NCBI GenBank assembly: GCA_947379865.1
Contig: CANCOY010000001.1
Coordinates: 11,724-75,723, forward strand
DNA from: Acetobacteraceae bacterium
GTDB taxonomy: Bacteria; Pseudomonadota; Alphaproteobacteria; Zavarziniales; Zavarziniaceae
Reading direction: 5' to 3'
DNA length: 64,000 nt
Shown here piece after piece: positions 18,960 to 28,609 of this stretch. Within the stretch, counting starts at the first letter, position 1, and every line of letters starts with the position of its first letter. Below the pieces are notes generated by a model. The model had not been told where the DNA came from, ran no database searches, and worked only from the letters and a program-made list of their open reading frames with translations. Both the position numbers and the translations under genes were made by a program.

Positions 18960-20873
18960 CTACTGCAAGGTTTGGCCCATCACGGCCGCCAGGCGGCGGG
19001 CGAAGGCGGCGGGGTCGGGGACGGGTTCGCCCTCGACGATGCGGGCCTGGTCGAGCAGCAGATGGGCGGCATCTTCCAGGCGTTCGCTGGCACCGGGCTT
19101 GGCGGCGTCCAGCGCCAGGCTGCGTACCAGGGCGTGGCGGGGGTTGATTTCCAGCACGCGCGGGGTGGGCGGCAGGCCCTCGGCCCGCTGGCTGCGCAAC
19201 ATGCGGGCCAGGTGCATGTCCAGCGCCCCTTCGGCCGCAACCAGGCAGACGGCGGAATCCGTCAGGCGGCTGGAGGTGCGCACATCGGCAATCGCCTCCC
19301 CCAGCACCTGCTTGAGCAAGGCGACCAGGGTGCCAATTTCCGCATCACGCACGCCGTCTTCCGGCTCGGCCGGGGCCTCCACCGGCTCAATGGCATCAAG
19401 CTCGTTACCACCGCGCGTGACCGACTGGAACGGCTTTCCATCAAAATCATGGGCGGCCGACAGCCAGAAATCGTCCACTGCATCGGACAGCAACAGCACC
19501 TCTACATCGCGGGCGGCAAAGCCTTCCAGCTGGGGGCTGCGGCGGATGGTGTCGAGGTCGTCGCCGGTGATGGTGTAGATGCTGCTCTGGTTCGGCTTCA
19601 TGCGCGCCACATAGTCGGCAAGGCTGACCACATCGTCGCCCGACCGGGTGGTGCGGAAGCGCGCCAGCTTCAGCAGCTGTTCGCGCCGCTCGCCATCCTC
19701 ATAGATGCCTTCCTTCAGCACGGCGCCGAAATTGCCCCAGAATTTCTTGTATCCCTCGGCATCGCTTTCGGCACGCTTCTCGAGGTCGGTCAGCACGCGC
19801 TTGGTAATGGCCTGGCGCATGCGGGCGATCAGCGGGTTATTTTGCAACATCTCGCGCGAGAGGTTGAGCGGCAGGTCCTGGCTGTCCACCACACCCTTGA
19901 GGAAGCGCAGATAGCCCGGCAGCAGCCCGTCGCAATCATCGGTGATGAAGACGCGCCGCACATAGAGCTTCACGCGGTGCTGGCGCTTGGGATCGAACAG
20001 GTCGAACGGTCGTTCCTCGGGCACGAACAAGAGGCTGGTGTATTCGATCTTGCCTTCGGCCTTGAAGTGGAAGGTCGCCCACGGATTGTCGAAGGCATGG
20101 CCGACATGGCGATAGAACTCACCATACTGTTCTTCGGTGATCTCGCTGCGGGGGCGCGTCCAAACGGCGGCGGCCTCGTTCAGGGTCTCCACCGTGTCGG
20201 CGTCCGTGGCCAGCTTCACCGGCAAGGCGACGTGATCGGAATAGGTCTTCACCACGCGCTTCAGGCGCACGGGGTCAAGCCATTCATCCTCGCCCTCGCG
20301 CAGGCTGAGGACGATCTCGGTGCCCCGGTTGCTGCGCTCGGCAGGCGTCACCTCAAAGGCGCCGAGGCCATCGGACGCCCAGGCCCAGGCGCCATCAGCC
20401 CCCGCCTTGCGGCTGGTGACCACCACGCGGCTTGCCACCATGAAGGCGGAATAGAAGCCCACGCCAAACTTGCCGATCAGCGAGACATCGTTCGCGGCAT
20501 CGCCCGACAGCTGGTCCACAAAGGCATTGGTGCCCGAGCGCGCGATGGTGCCAAGGTTGGCAATCAGCTCGTCCCGGTCCATGCCGATGCCATTGTCGGC
20601 AATGGTCAGGGTACGGCCATCCTTGTCGAACGAGATCACCACGCCGAGGTCGGCATCATCCCCCAGCAGATGGGGTTCGGTGAGGGCAAGATAGCGCAGA
20701 CGATCGCACGCATCAGAGGCGTTGGAGATCAACTCGCGCAGGAAGATTTCCTTGTCGGAATAGACCGAGTGCACCATCAGGTGCAGCAGGCGCGAGACCT
20801 CCGCCTGAAAGCTAAGAGTCTCGCTTGCCGGACGGCCGGCGTCAGCAGCGGGGGACGGTTTATCCATGGCCAT
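18960..20873 (-). CDS. htpG: Molecular chaperone HtpG (Hsp90)
   Basis: 637 aa. FQAEVSRLLHLMVHSVYSDKEIFLRELISNASDA and GKFGVGFYS motifs. Confidence 0.95.
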   Translation of the reverse strand: MAMDKPSPAADAGRPASETLSFQAEVSRLLHLMVHSVYSDKEIFLRELISNASDACDRLRYLALTEPHLLGDDADLGVVISFDKDGRTLTIADNGIGMDRDELIANLGTIARSGTNAFVDQLSGDAANDVSLIGKFGVGFYSAFMVASRVVVTSRKAGADGAWAWASDGLGAFEVTPAERSNRGTEIVLSLREGEDEWLDPVRLKRVVKTYSDHVALPVKLATDADTVETLNEAAAVWTRPRSEITEEQYGEFYRHVGHAFDNPWATFHFKAEGKIEYTSLLFVPEERPFDLFDPKRQHRVKLYVRRVFITDDCDGLLPGYLRFLKGVVDSQDLPLNLSREMLQNNPLIARMRQAITKRVLTDLEKRAESDAEGYKKFWGNFGAVLKEGIYEDGERREQLLKLARFRTTRSGDDVVSLADYVARMKPNQSSIYTITGDDLDTIRRSPQLEGFAARDVEVLLLSDAVDDFWLSAAHDFDGKPFQSVTRGGNELDAIEPVEAPAEPEDGVRDAEIGTLVALLKQVLGEAIADVRTSSRLTDSAVCLVAAEGALDMHLARMLRSQRAEGLPPTPRVLEINPRHALVRSLALDAAKPGASERLEDAAHLLLDQARIVEGEPVPDPAAFARRLAAVMGQTLQ

Positions 20874-20970
20874 GCTCGCTAGGTCGATTCAGGAGGGTGG
20901 GCGGAAGGGTGGCATCAGGCATGACGGCGGCGCGGGACACCTGTCACCGCACCGCGCGACAATCCCCACC

Positions 20971-20999
20971 ATATGTGCCGGTGGGCGGGTGCCTTCAAG
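20971..20999 (-). promoter_or_regulatory. Candidate sigma-32 (RpoH) heat-shock promoter of htpG
   Basis: Minus strand reads CTTGAA-N16-CACATAT about 95 nt upstream of the htpG start. Resembles CTTGAA-N13-17-CCCCATNT. Confidence 0.35.
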
Positions 21000-21005
21000 A
21001 CCCCG

Positions 21006-22211
<1,206 letters not shown>

Positions 22212-22221
22212 GAGCGTCTCC

Positions 22222-24168
22222 TCAGGCGGCGGCCGCGCGGCGCCGGCGGCGCAGCCGGATGCCGGCGACCACCAGGGCCAGGACAGCGAGGCAAAGCGGG
22301 ATAAACCCGATATTCAGGACCCTGAGGGTCATTTCCAGCCGGTCGATGTCCCGCTGGAGGTTGAGCTGGACTTCCCGCAGCTGGCGGCGCGTCTCGATCA
22401 CCTGGGCGCGCGCCTCGGCAATCGCCTTGTCGGTTTCGGCACTGGCGGCCCCGCCAAGCGGATCGGCGCGGCGCAGCTCCTGGACCTGGCGCTGGGTTGC
22501 CTCAAGCTTGGCCTGCAGGCGCTGCTGCTGCGACAGGAACTGCTGTTCCGCATCGCGGCGCAGGCGCTCCATCACCAAAAAGGGGCGGCTGGCCTCGCCC
22601 CGGCTGCGCAGGCTGATCAGGGCATCACTGCCCGAGAGGTTTTCCACCGCATTGACGATGAAGGTGCCGTTATCAGCCGTGGGCACCGTGGTGCGTTGGC
22701 CATTGGCATTCTGTTCCTGCACCCAGAAGCGGTCGTCGATCAGGTCGCTGTCGGCCACGACAATGATGTTGATCGGCCGGCTCGCCTCCTTGATCTGGGG
22801 CAATTCCGGGGCACCGGCACCGGGGGGCAGGGTATCCACCGGCCCGTTTGCATCGGGCGGCAGCTCCTCTGCCTTGGCGGGGCCCTGTTTGGGCGGACCA
22901 TCGGGGAAAGCGGTGCGGGCCGGGCCGGCCACGCGCGCCGCCAGGATCTGGGCGGTTCCCGAGGAACGGAAGCCGCGAATGAAATCCTCTGGCGCCGTGC
23001 GCAGCTGGGCCATGCGGGTTTCCACCAGCTGGGATTCCAGGGTCGAGCTGATAAGCGGTGTAAGCTTTGTCGTGGCCCCCTCAAGCGGGGTGATGGCACC
23101 CGCCGTGCCCATGACGATCTGGTTGAGATCGGCGGTAACGGCATCATCCTTGGCCATCTGCGCGCCCGGGATCGTCAGCCACAGCATGTAGTCCACAAAC
23201 TGCTGGCGCTCGCCCGAGATGCTGACCCTTGTGGCCAGCTGCCGGTCGGCCACCAGCTTGGTGTTGTCCACCTTGATGCCCCAGGCCGTGAACAATTTGT
23301 CGAGGCCAGAGGCCACACGAAAGCCCTGGGGCGGCCGCCCGTCGGGGCCGGGCGTGGTTGCCACCTCCGAGAAGGGATCCACCAGGGCCAGCACGCGCCC
23401 GCCCCCCATGACGAACTGGTCAATGGCATAAAGCGCCTGGTCCGAGAGGGCGCCGGGATGGGCGATCACCAGCAGGTCGATATGCTGGCCAATCTCGCGC
23501 AGGTCGGGCGCAAACATGCGCACGTCAAAGAACTGCTGCAGCTGCTCATAGACGGCAAAGGGATGGGCCTGGCCGCGCATGGCCGCCGCCGCCCCACCCA
23601 TGCCGGTGTCGAGCGGCAGGCTGGAGATGATGCCAACCACCTTTTTCTTGGGCGCCAGCAGATTATGCAGCATCCGCGTCAGGTCATATTCAAGGAACGG
23701 CTGGCGCTCGGCCGAGAACAGCGGGATCGTGCCGCGCGTATCCGTGGGACCACTGCCAGACAGACCAAAATAGAAGGTGTCGCCGCTGTCGAGCGGTGTG
23801 CCCGTGAGGCCAAGGGCGTTTGCCGCGTCCTCGTCCTCGCTGAAGGGCTCGGGGTCGATCACCTGCAGCCGCACCATGCCATGGCTGGCGGACACGATCT
23901 CGTCCAGCATCTCGCGCACGCGCGCGCCATAGGGCTTCAGCTCGGGATGGTCGTTGGACAGGCGCTCGGAAAAATAGAGGCGCAGGCGGATCGGCTCGTT
24001 GAGGGTGGCCAGCACGGCCCGCGTGCCCTCGGACAGGGTGTAGAGCCGGTTCTGGGTCAGATCCAGCCGTGCGCCCGTCAGCGTGGCGTTGCTGAGGGTG
24101 TTAATCCCCAGGAACAGGATGGCGATCAGGATAAGGGCAAGGCCCGCACCGAACTTGCGTTGGGTCAT
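22222..24168 (-). CDS. GldG-family ABC-transporter auxiliary component
   Basis: Met 21 (MTQRKFGAGLALILIAILFLG...) of ORF 22222..24228. N- and C-terminal TM anchors, coiled-coil region near the C-terminus. 4-nt gap to the permease gene. Confidence 0.75.
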   Translation of the reverse strand: MTQRKFGAGLALILIAILFLGINTLSNATLTGARLDLTQNRLYTLSEGTRAVLATLNEPIRLRLYFSERLSNDHPELKPYGARVREMLDEIVSASHGMVRLQVIDPEPFSEDEDAANALGLTGTPLDSGDTFYFGLSGSGPTDTRGTIPLFSAERQPFLEYDLTRMLHNLLAPKKKVVGIISSLPLDTGMGGAAAAMRGQAHPFAVYEQLQQFFDVRMFAPDLREIGQHIDLLVIAHPGALSDQALYAIDQFVMGGGRVLALVDPFSEVATTPGPDGRPPQGFRVASGLDKLFTAWGIKVDNTKLVADRQLATRVSISGERQQFVDYMLWLTIPGAQMAKDDAVTADLNQIVMGTAGAITPLEGATTKLTPLISSTLESQLVETRMAQLRTAPEDFIRGFRSSGTAQILAARVAGPARTAFPDGPPKQGPAKAEELPPDANGPVDTLPPGAGAPELPQIKEASRPINIIVVADSDLIDDRFWVQEQNANGQRTTVPTADNGTFIVNAVENLSGSDALISLRSRGEASRPFLVMERLRRDAEQQFLSQQQRLQAKLEATQRQVQELRRADPLGGAASAETDKAIAEARAQVIETRRQLREVQLNLQRDIDRLEMTLRVLNIGFIPLCLAVLALVVAGIRLRRRRRAAAA

Positions 24169-24172
24169 CACC

Positions 24173-24907
24173 TCAGCCCGCCTTCTTGACGTCGATGACA
24201 ATGGCATTGGCAGCGAGCCAGAGCACAATCAGCGAGGCAAAGTACAGAACATCACGCACATCGATCACGCCCCGGATGATGGCCGTGAAATGGGTGAGGA
24301 AGCTGAACGAGGCGATGGTGTCCACCAGGGCCTGAGGCGCCCAGGCCGAGAAGAAGCCCAGCACCACCGGCAGCCCCGCTACGGTGAACAGAAAGCAGAC
24401 CACCACCGACAGCACGAAGGCAATCACCTGGTTCCGTGTCACTGCCGAAATGCACGAGCCAATGGCCAGATAGCCGCCCGCCATGAACAGCGAGCCGATG
24501 TAACTGGCCAGGATCACCCCATTATCAGGGTTCCCCAGGTAATTCACCGTGATCCAGAAGGGGAAGGTGAGCGCCAGAGCGAGGCCCGTGAAGGCCCAGG
24601 CCGCCAGGAACTTGGCCAGCACCGCCGCCCACAGCGGGATCGGCAGGGTCAGCAGCAGCTCAATCGTGCCTGACTTGCGCTCTTCCGCCCACAGCCGCAT
24701 GGAGATTGCGGGGATCAGGAACAGATAAAGCCAGGGGTGGAAGATGAAGAACGAGCCCAGATCCGCCTCGCCACGCTCGAAGAAGCGGCCAAGGTAGAAG
24801 GTGAAGATGCCCGTGACGAACAGGAAGATCACGATAAAGACATAGGCCAGCGGCGTTGCGAAATAGCCGCCGAATTCACGCCGGAAGATGGTGCCGATCT
24901 TGTTCAT
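24173..24907 (-). CDS. ABC-2 type transporter permease
   Basis: 244 aa, six TM helices. Follows the ATPase gene. Confidence 0.85.
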   Translation of the reverse strand: MNKIGTIFRREFGGYFATPLAYVFIVIFLFVTGIFTFYLGRFFERGEADLGSFFIFHPWLYLFLIPAISMRLWAEERKSGTIELLLTLPIPLWAAVLAKFLAAWAFTGLALALTFPFWITVNYLGNPDNGVILASYIGSLFMAGGYLAIGSCISAVTRNQVIAFVLSVVVCFLFTVAGLPVVLGFFSAWAPQALVDTIASFSFLTHFTAIIRGVIDVRDVLYFASLIVLWLAANAIVIDVKKAG

Positions 24908-24916
24908 GGCTGCCCC

Positions 24917-25858
24917 TCAGATCGCGTCGCGTGTGTCGGACGTGGTCAGGCGCCGGAACACTTCATCAAGGCGGCCGGCTTCGGCCACCAGCCTGTCCAC
25001 GGCCCAGCCATTGAGGCGTGCCAGTTCGCCCACTTCGGCGACCACGGGGCGACCACCCTCGGGATAGATCAGGAAGGCACGGCCACTTTCATCCGCCGCC
25101 TCGACCCGGGCAACACCTGCCAGGCCCGCCAGCGCATCGGCCACACCCGGCTGCGCGGCGGCAAGCCTGAGGGTGACACAGTTGTGGAAGCGCGACATGG
25201 CCTCAAGCTCGGCCGGGGTGCCATCGGCCACGATACGGCCGCGATCGATGATCACCGCGCGGGAACACACCGCGTCCACCTCCTCCAGAATGTGGGTGGA
25301 GATGATGATGGCCTTGTTCTTGGCCATGGCCTGGATCAGGCCACGCACCTGGTGCTTCTGGTTGGGGTCGAGGCCATCGGTGGGCTCGTCAAGGATCAGC
25401 ACGTCGGGATCATGCAGGATCGCCTGCGCAATACCCACCCGGCGCTTGAAGCCCTTGGACAGGGTTTCGATCGGCTGGTCCAGCACGCCGCCGATCTCGA
25501 CCTTCTCGATGGCATTGCGGATGGCGCCCCTGCGCCCCATGCCCTTCATGTCGCGGATGTCGGCGATGAATTCGAGGAAACTGCGCGGTGTCATGTCGGG
25601 ATAGGCGGGGGCACCTTCCGGCAGATAGCCGATGCGCCGCTTGGCCGCCAAAGGCTCGCGGGCCATGTCATGGCCGCAGATGAATACCCGCCCGGCGGTG
25701 GGCGCCAGAAAGCCGGTGATCATCTTCATCGTGGTGGATTTGCCGGCGCCATTGGGCCCCAGAAAGCCCATCACCTCGCCCCGCCTGACCGTAAAGGCAA
25801 GGCCATCAACGGCGACGAACGGGCCAAAGGCCTTCACCAGTCCCTGAATTTCGATCAT
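24917..25858 (-). CDS. ABC transporter ATP-binding protein
   Basis: Met 11 (MIEIQGLVKAFG...) of ORF 24917..25888. Walker A GPNGAGKSTTMK, signature LSKGFKRR, Walker B ILILDEPT. Confidence 0.9.
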   Translation of the reverse strand: MIEIQGLVKAFGPFVAVDGLAFTVRRGEVMGFLGPNGAGKSTTMKMITGFLAPTAGRVFICGHDMAREPLAAKRRIGYLPEGAPAYPDMTPRSFLEFIADIRDMKGMGRRGAIRNAIEKVEIGGVLDQPIETLSKGFKRRVGIAQAILHDPDVLILDEPTDGLDPNQKHQVRGLIQAMAKNKAIIISTHILEEVDAVCSRAVIIDRGRIVADGTPAELEAMSRFHNCVTLRLAAAQPGVADALAGLAGVARVEAADESGRAFLIYPEGGRPVVAEVGELARLNGWAVDRLVAEAGRLDEVFRRLTTSDTRDAI

Positions 25859-26165
25859 GTCCCCACGCTCTGACACGCCACCCGACACCGCAGGCGGCCC
25901 ACGGCCGGATCGGTCGACCCCCTAGATGACGACCCATCCCCGGAAGGTCAAGAGTCCGGACCCAATGATCCCGGATGTCAAACCTGGCAACTGGTTGATG
26001 AAGGCTTCATCCGGATCCCGCTGCACACGGGCAGGAGGGGGGCGGGGGGGCTTGGATCCCATCCGCGCGACGACCGGACCCGGACGAAGCCAACACCCAC
26101 ACACTCCCCCCGCAATGGGGCGCCAGAAGGGCTGAACTGAGGCGATTTTGTGGCGGGGTTGCCCC

Positions 26166-27287
26166 TCATACCCCTGCGCCAGGTGCCCGCGTCGGGGCAT
26201 CCGCATCCTTTTCGGTCAGCAGTCTGAGGAGGGGGGGGTTGATGAAGAGTTTTTCCCGGCCGGCCTTCATTTCCTGCAGAACGCCAATATCGCAAAGGCG
26301 CTTCAGATAGACCGAGGCCGACTGACGGCGGGCAATGCCGGCATCGACCAGGTCAGCGATACGGCAATATGGCTGCACGAACACCATTTCGACGAGCTCA
26401 CGGGAATAAATCCCCGCCGCATCCCGTCGGATGGTTTCGGCCGTCCCGTCGAGCAGGTGGCGGATGGCGGTGATCCTGGCGGTTGTCCAATGCGCGGTCT
26501 CGGTGATGGCGCTAAGCATGTAGAGGACCCATTCTTCCCAGGCGCCGTCGGTGGTGACTTTCAGTAGCAACCGATAATACTCCGCCTTGTGGCGGATGAT
26601 GTAGCGGCTGAGATAGAGCACCGGGATGCTAAGCAGGCCCTTTTCCACTAGAAACAACAGATTCAGCACACGGCCGGTGCGGCCATTGCCATCGGTGAAG
26701 GGATGGATCGCCTCGAACTGATAGTGCATGACGGCCATGCGGATCAGCGGGTCTACGTCTTCAGTTGCATGAATATAGCGCTCCCAGTCAGCGAGTTTGT
26801 CACGCAGAAGCATCTCACCCTCGGGCGGTGTGTAGATCACTGCCCCATCCACATCATTGACGAGGCGGGTGCCGGGTGTGGAACGAATATCAATGGTGCT
26901 GCCCTTGATGGTCTGGCAGATGCGCACCGCCGTCGCCGTCGTCAGGGGCCTCTGGTTCAGCAGTGCGAAGCCTTCATAAAGCGCAACGCGATAGCGCAGA
27001 GCCTCGCGTGTTGCCGGGTCGGCCTGGCTGTTTGCCTCGTTGGCAAAGCGGAACAGCCGGTCGCTGGTGGTGACGATGTTCTCGATCTCGGAACTGGCCT
27101 GGGCTTCCAGCAGTGGAATGCTGTTGATCAGCACCGCCTGATTGGGGATCAGGTCTCCCGCCACCTTGAGTTCTGCAAGCGCAGCCCGGGCCGTGATGCA
27201 GGCCTTGAGGACGGCCCGTGTCTCCACGTCTACCTGCGGCGGCAGGCCAGGCAGGGCATTATAGGGGCGGCTGGGGTCGAACGTCAT
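26166..27287 (-). CDS. fic: Fic-family protein (class II, N-terminal inhibitory helix; probable AMPylase)
   Basis: Met 39 (MTFDPSRPYNALPGLPP...) of ORF 26166..27401. Fic motif HPFTDGNGRTGR. SSEIEN matches the inhibitory (S/T)xxxE(G/N) motif. Confidence 0.85.
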   Translation of the reverse strand: MTFDPSRPYNALPGLPPQVDVETRAVLKACITARAALAELKVAGDLIPNQAVLINSIPLLEAQASSEIENIVTTSDRLFRFANEANSQADPATREALRYRVALYEGFALLNQRPLTTATAVRICQTIKGSTIDIRSTPGTRLVNDVDGAVIYTPPEGEMLLRDKLADWERYIHATEDVDPLIRMAVMHYQFEAIHPFTDGNGRTGRVLNLLFLVEKGLLSIPVLYLSRYIIRHKAEYYRLLLKVTTDGAWEEWVLYMLSAITETAHWTTARITAIRHLLDGTAETIRRDAAGIYSRELVEMVFVQPYCRIADLVDAGIARRQSASVYLKRLCDIGVLQEMKAGREKLFINPPLLRLLTEKDADAPTRAPGAGV

Positions 27288-27288
27288 A

Positions 27289-27491
27289 TGTCGATGAAAC
27301 CCGATAAAATCGACACGTTTCGCAAACGTGTCGATGCCATCGACATGTTTCCAGAACGTGTCGATATTTCCTGATTTTATCGACATGTTGGGTATGAGCA
27401 AGGGGGATTTGGGCCACCCCAGCAGCCTCGTTCATGTCGATGTGATCGACAGATTTGGCGAATATGTCGATTTTTTTGTGTTTTATCGACA
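27289..27491. promoter_or_regulatory. Phased array of ten ATCGACA/TGTCGAT heptamers (operator- or iteron-like) upstream of fic
   Basis: Copies start at 27289, 27309, 27329, 27339, 27359, 27379, 27435, 27445, 27465 and 27485, alternating in orientation. 27309-27335 is a palindrome with perfect 12-nt arms. Confidence 0.8.
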
Positions 27492-27671
27492 TGTCCGAGG
27501 ATGGGCGGTACCGGAGACAAGGAGTTTAGCAGCCGTCAGTTGTGTAATCTGAAGATGTATTTCTCCGTTTAAAAACAGCCATATGTGGTATTTTGGCTGG
27601 ACACAGAAAGCGAGGCGACCTATGTTCTTCCCATGGGCGACGCCCCGGGGTCCTCGTATTGGGGGCCGGAT

Positions 27672-27702
27672 AAAAGGTCCGCTTTGCGGGCCTTTTGTTT
27701 TT
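27672..27702 (+). terminator. Intrinsic terminator-like hairpin (T-runs on both sides)
   Basis: AAGGTCCGC (27674-27682) / GCGGGCCTT (27686-27694) with one G-U pair, followed by TTGTTTTT. Preceded by an A-run, so it could also act on the minus strand. Confidence 0.5.
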
Positions 27703-27725
27703 CAGCCGTCCCCCTCTCCCCTCAC

Positions 27726-27759
27726 AGCAAAACGCCCGCCGGATTGCTCCGGCGGGCGT
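27726..27759 (-). terminator. Intrinsic terminator of the BI-1/YccA-family gene
   Basis: Perfect 11-bp stem ACGCCCGCCGG (27732-27742) / CCGGCGGGCGT (27749-27759). On the minus strand it is followed by TTTGCTG. Confidence 0.6.
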
Positions 27760-27783
27760 CTGTCCAATCAGCAGCGGCTGCGA

Positions 27784-28533
27784 CTATTCGCGGCGCTGGC
27801 CGAAGAGCTGCATCAACATGATGAACAGGTTGATGAAGTCGAGGTAGAGGGTCAGCGCGCCGGAGATGGCGAGCTTGCCCAGCGAGGCGCTGTCGTAGCT
27901 CTCGCTATAGAGATCCTTGATGCGCTGGGTGTCATAGGCGGTGAGGCCGGCGAAGACCAGCACGCCGATCACCGAAATCGCGAACTGCAGGGCCGAGGAG
28001 GCCAGGAAGATGTTCACGATGGAGGCGACCAGCAGGCCAATGAGGCCCATGATCAGGAACGAGCCAAAGCCCGACAGGCTGCGCTTCGTCGTATAGCCAT
28101 AGAGGCTGAGGCCGCCAAAGGAAGCCGCCGAGATGAAGAACACCCGCGCCACGCTGGCACCCGTGTACTGCAGCAGGATCGAGGCGATGGAGACACCCAT
28201 CACTGCGGCAAAGACCCAGAACACCGCCTGGGCCGTGGCCACCGACATCTTGTGGATGCGCATGCCAAAGAACAGGGCGAGGCCAAGCGGCGCGAACATG
28301 GCGATCATGCCCAGCAGGTTCGGGGCAAAGTGGCCAGGCCGAACCATGGATTCCGCAAAGAACACGTCCCTGAGACCGGTGTTTGCCAGCAGATAGGCGG
28401 AAATGCCGGTCAGCAGCACACCCGACGTCATGTAGTTGTAGACGGACAACATGTGGGACCGCAGGCCCTGATCGAGTTCCGCCTGGGCAGCGCCAGCCCG
28501 ACCGGCCAGGTTGCCCTTGTACATTTCAGCCAT
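27784..28533 (-). CDS. Bax inhibitor-1/YccA family membrane protein
   Basis: 249 aa, seven TM helices. LRSHMLSVYNYMTSGVLLTG and the C-terminal LYLDFINLFIMLMQLFG are typical. Confidence 0.9.
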   Translation of the reverse strand: MAEMYKGNLAGRAGAAQAELDQGLRSHMLSVYNYMTSGVLLTGISAYLLANTGLRDVFFAESMVRPGHFAPNLLGMIAMFAPLGLALFFGMRIHKMSVATAQAVFWVFAAVMGVSIASILLQYTGASVARVFFISAASFGGLSLYGYTTKRSLSGFGSFLIMGLIGLLVASIVNIFLASSALQFAISVIGVLVFAGLTAYDTQRIKDLYSESYDSASLGKLAISGALTLYLDFINLFIMLMQLFGQRRE

Positions 28534-28609
28534 TGAAACCTTCTCCCCTCGGAAGTTGGCAGGAGCCTAGCATATCGGGTGGCGGGATGCGTGGTTCAAG
28601 CACCCGGCC

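Noticed and set aside
18723-20882. 719-aa plus-strand ORF. The same reasoning applies to 22006-24189 (727 aa), 39199-41043 (614 aa), 6153-7967 (604 aa), 60075-61781 (568 aa), 41952-42605 (the 5' extension of the dehydrogenase ORF), 32499-34133, 45601-47127 and 3160-4695.
   Set aside because: All are long open frames antisense to, or out of frame with, genes carrying clear family signatures. Their low-complexity Arg/Gly/Ala/His-rich translations are typical of GC-rich shadow ORFs.
27289-27491. Possible CRISPR or mini-CRISPR array
   Set aside because: The repeats are only 7 nt (up to 12 nt arms), alternate in orientation, and are spaced by 3-13 nt. No cas genes are present, and there are no spacer-sized unique segments.
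27376-27494. TTATCGACA elements resembling DnaA boxes (TTATCCACA), suggesting a replication origin
   Set aside because: There is one mismatch at a conserved position, and no neighbouring dnaA, hemE or parAB-type origin context or AT-rich unwinding element. The motif is part of the symmetric ATCGACA/TGTCGAT array, which fits a dimeric regulator better.
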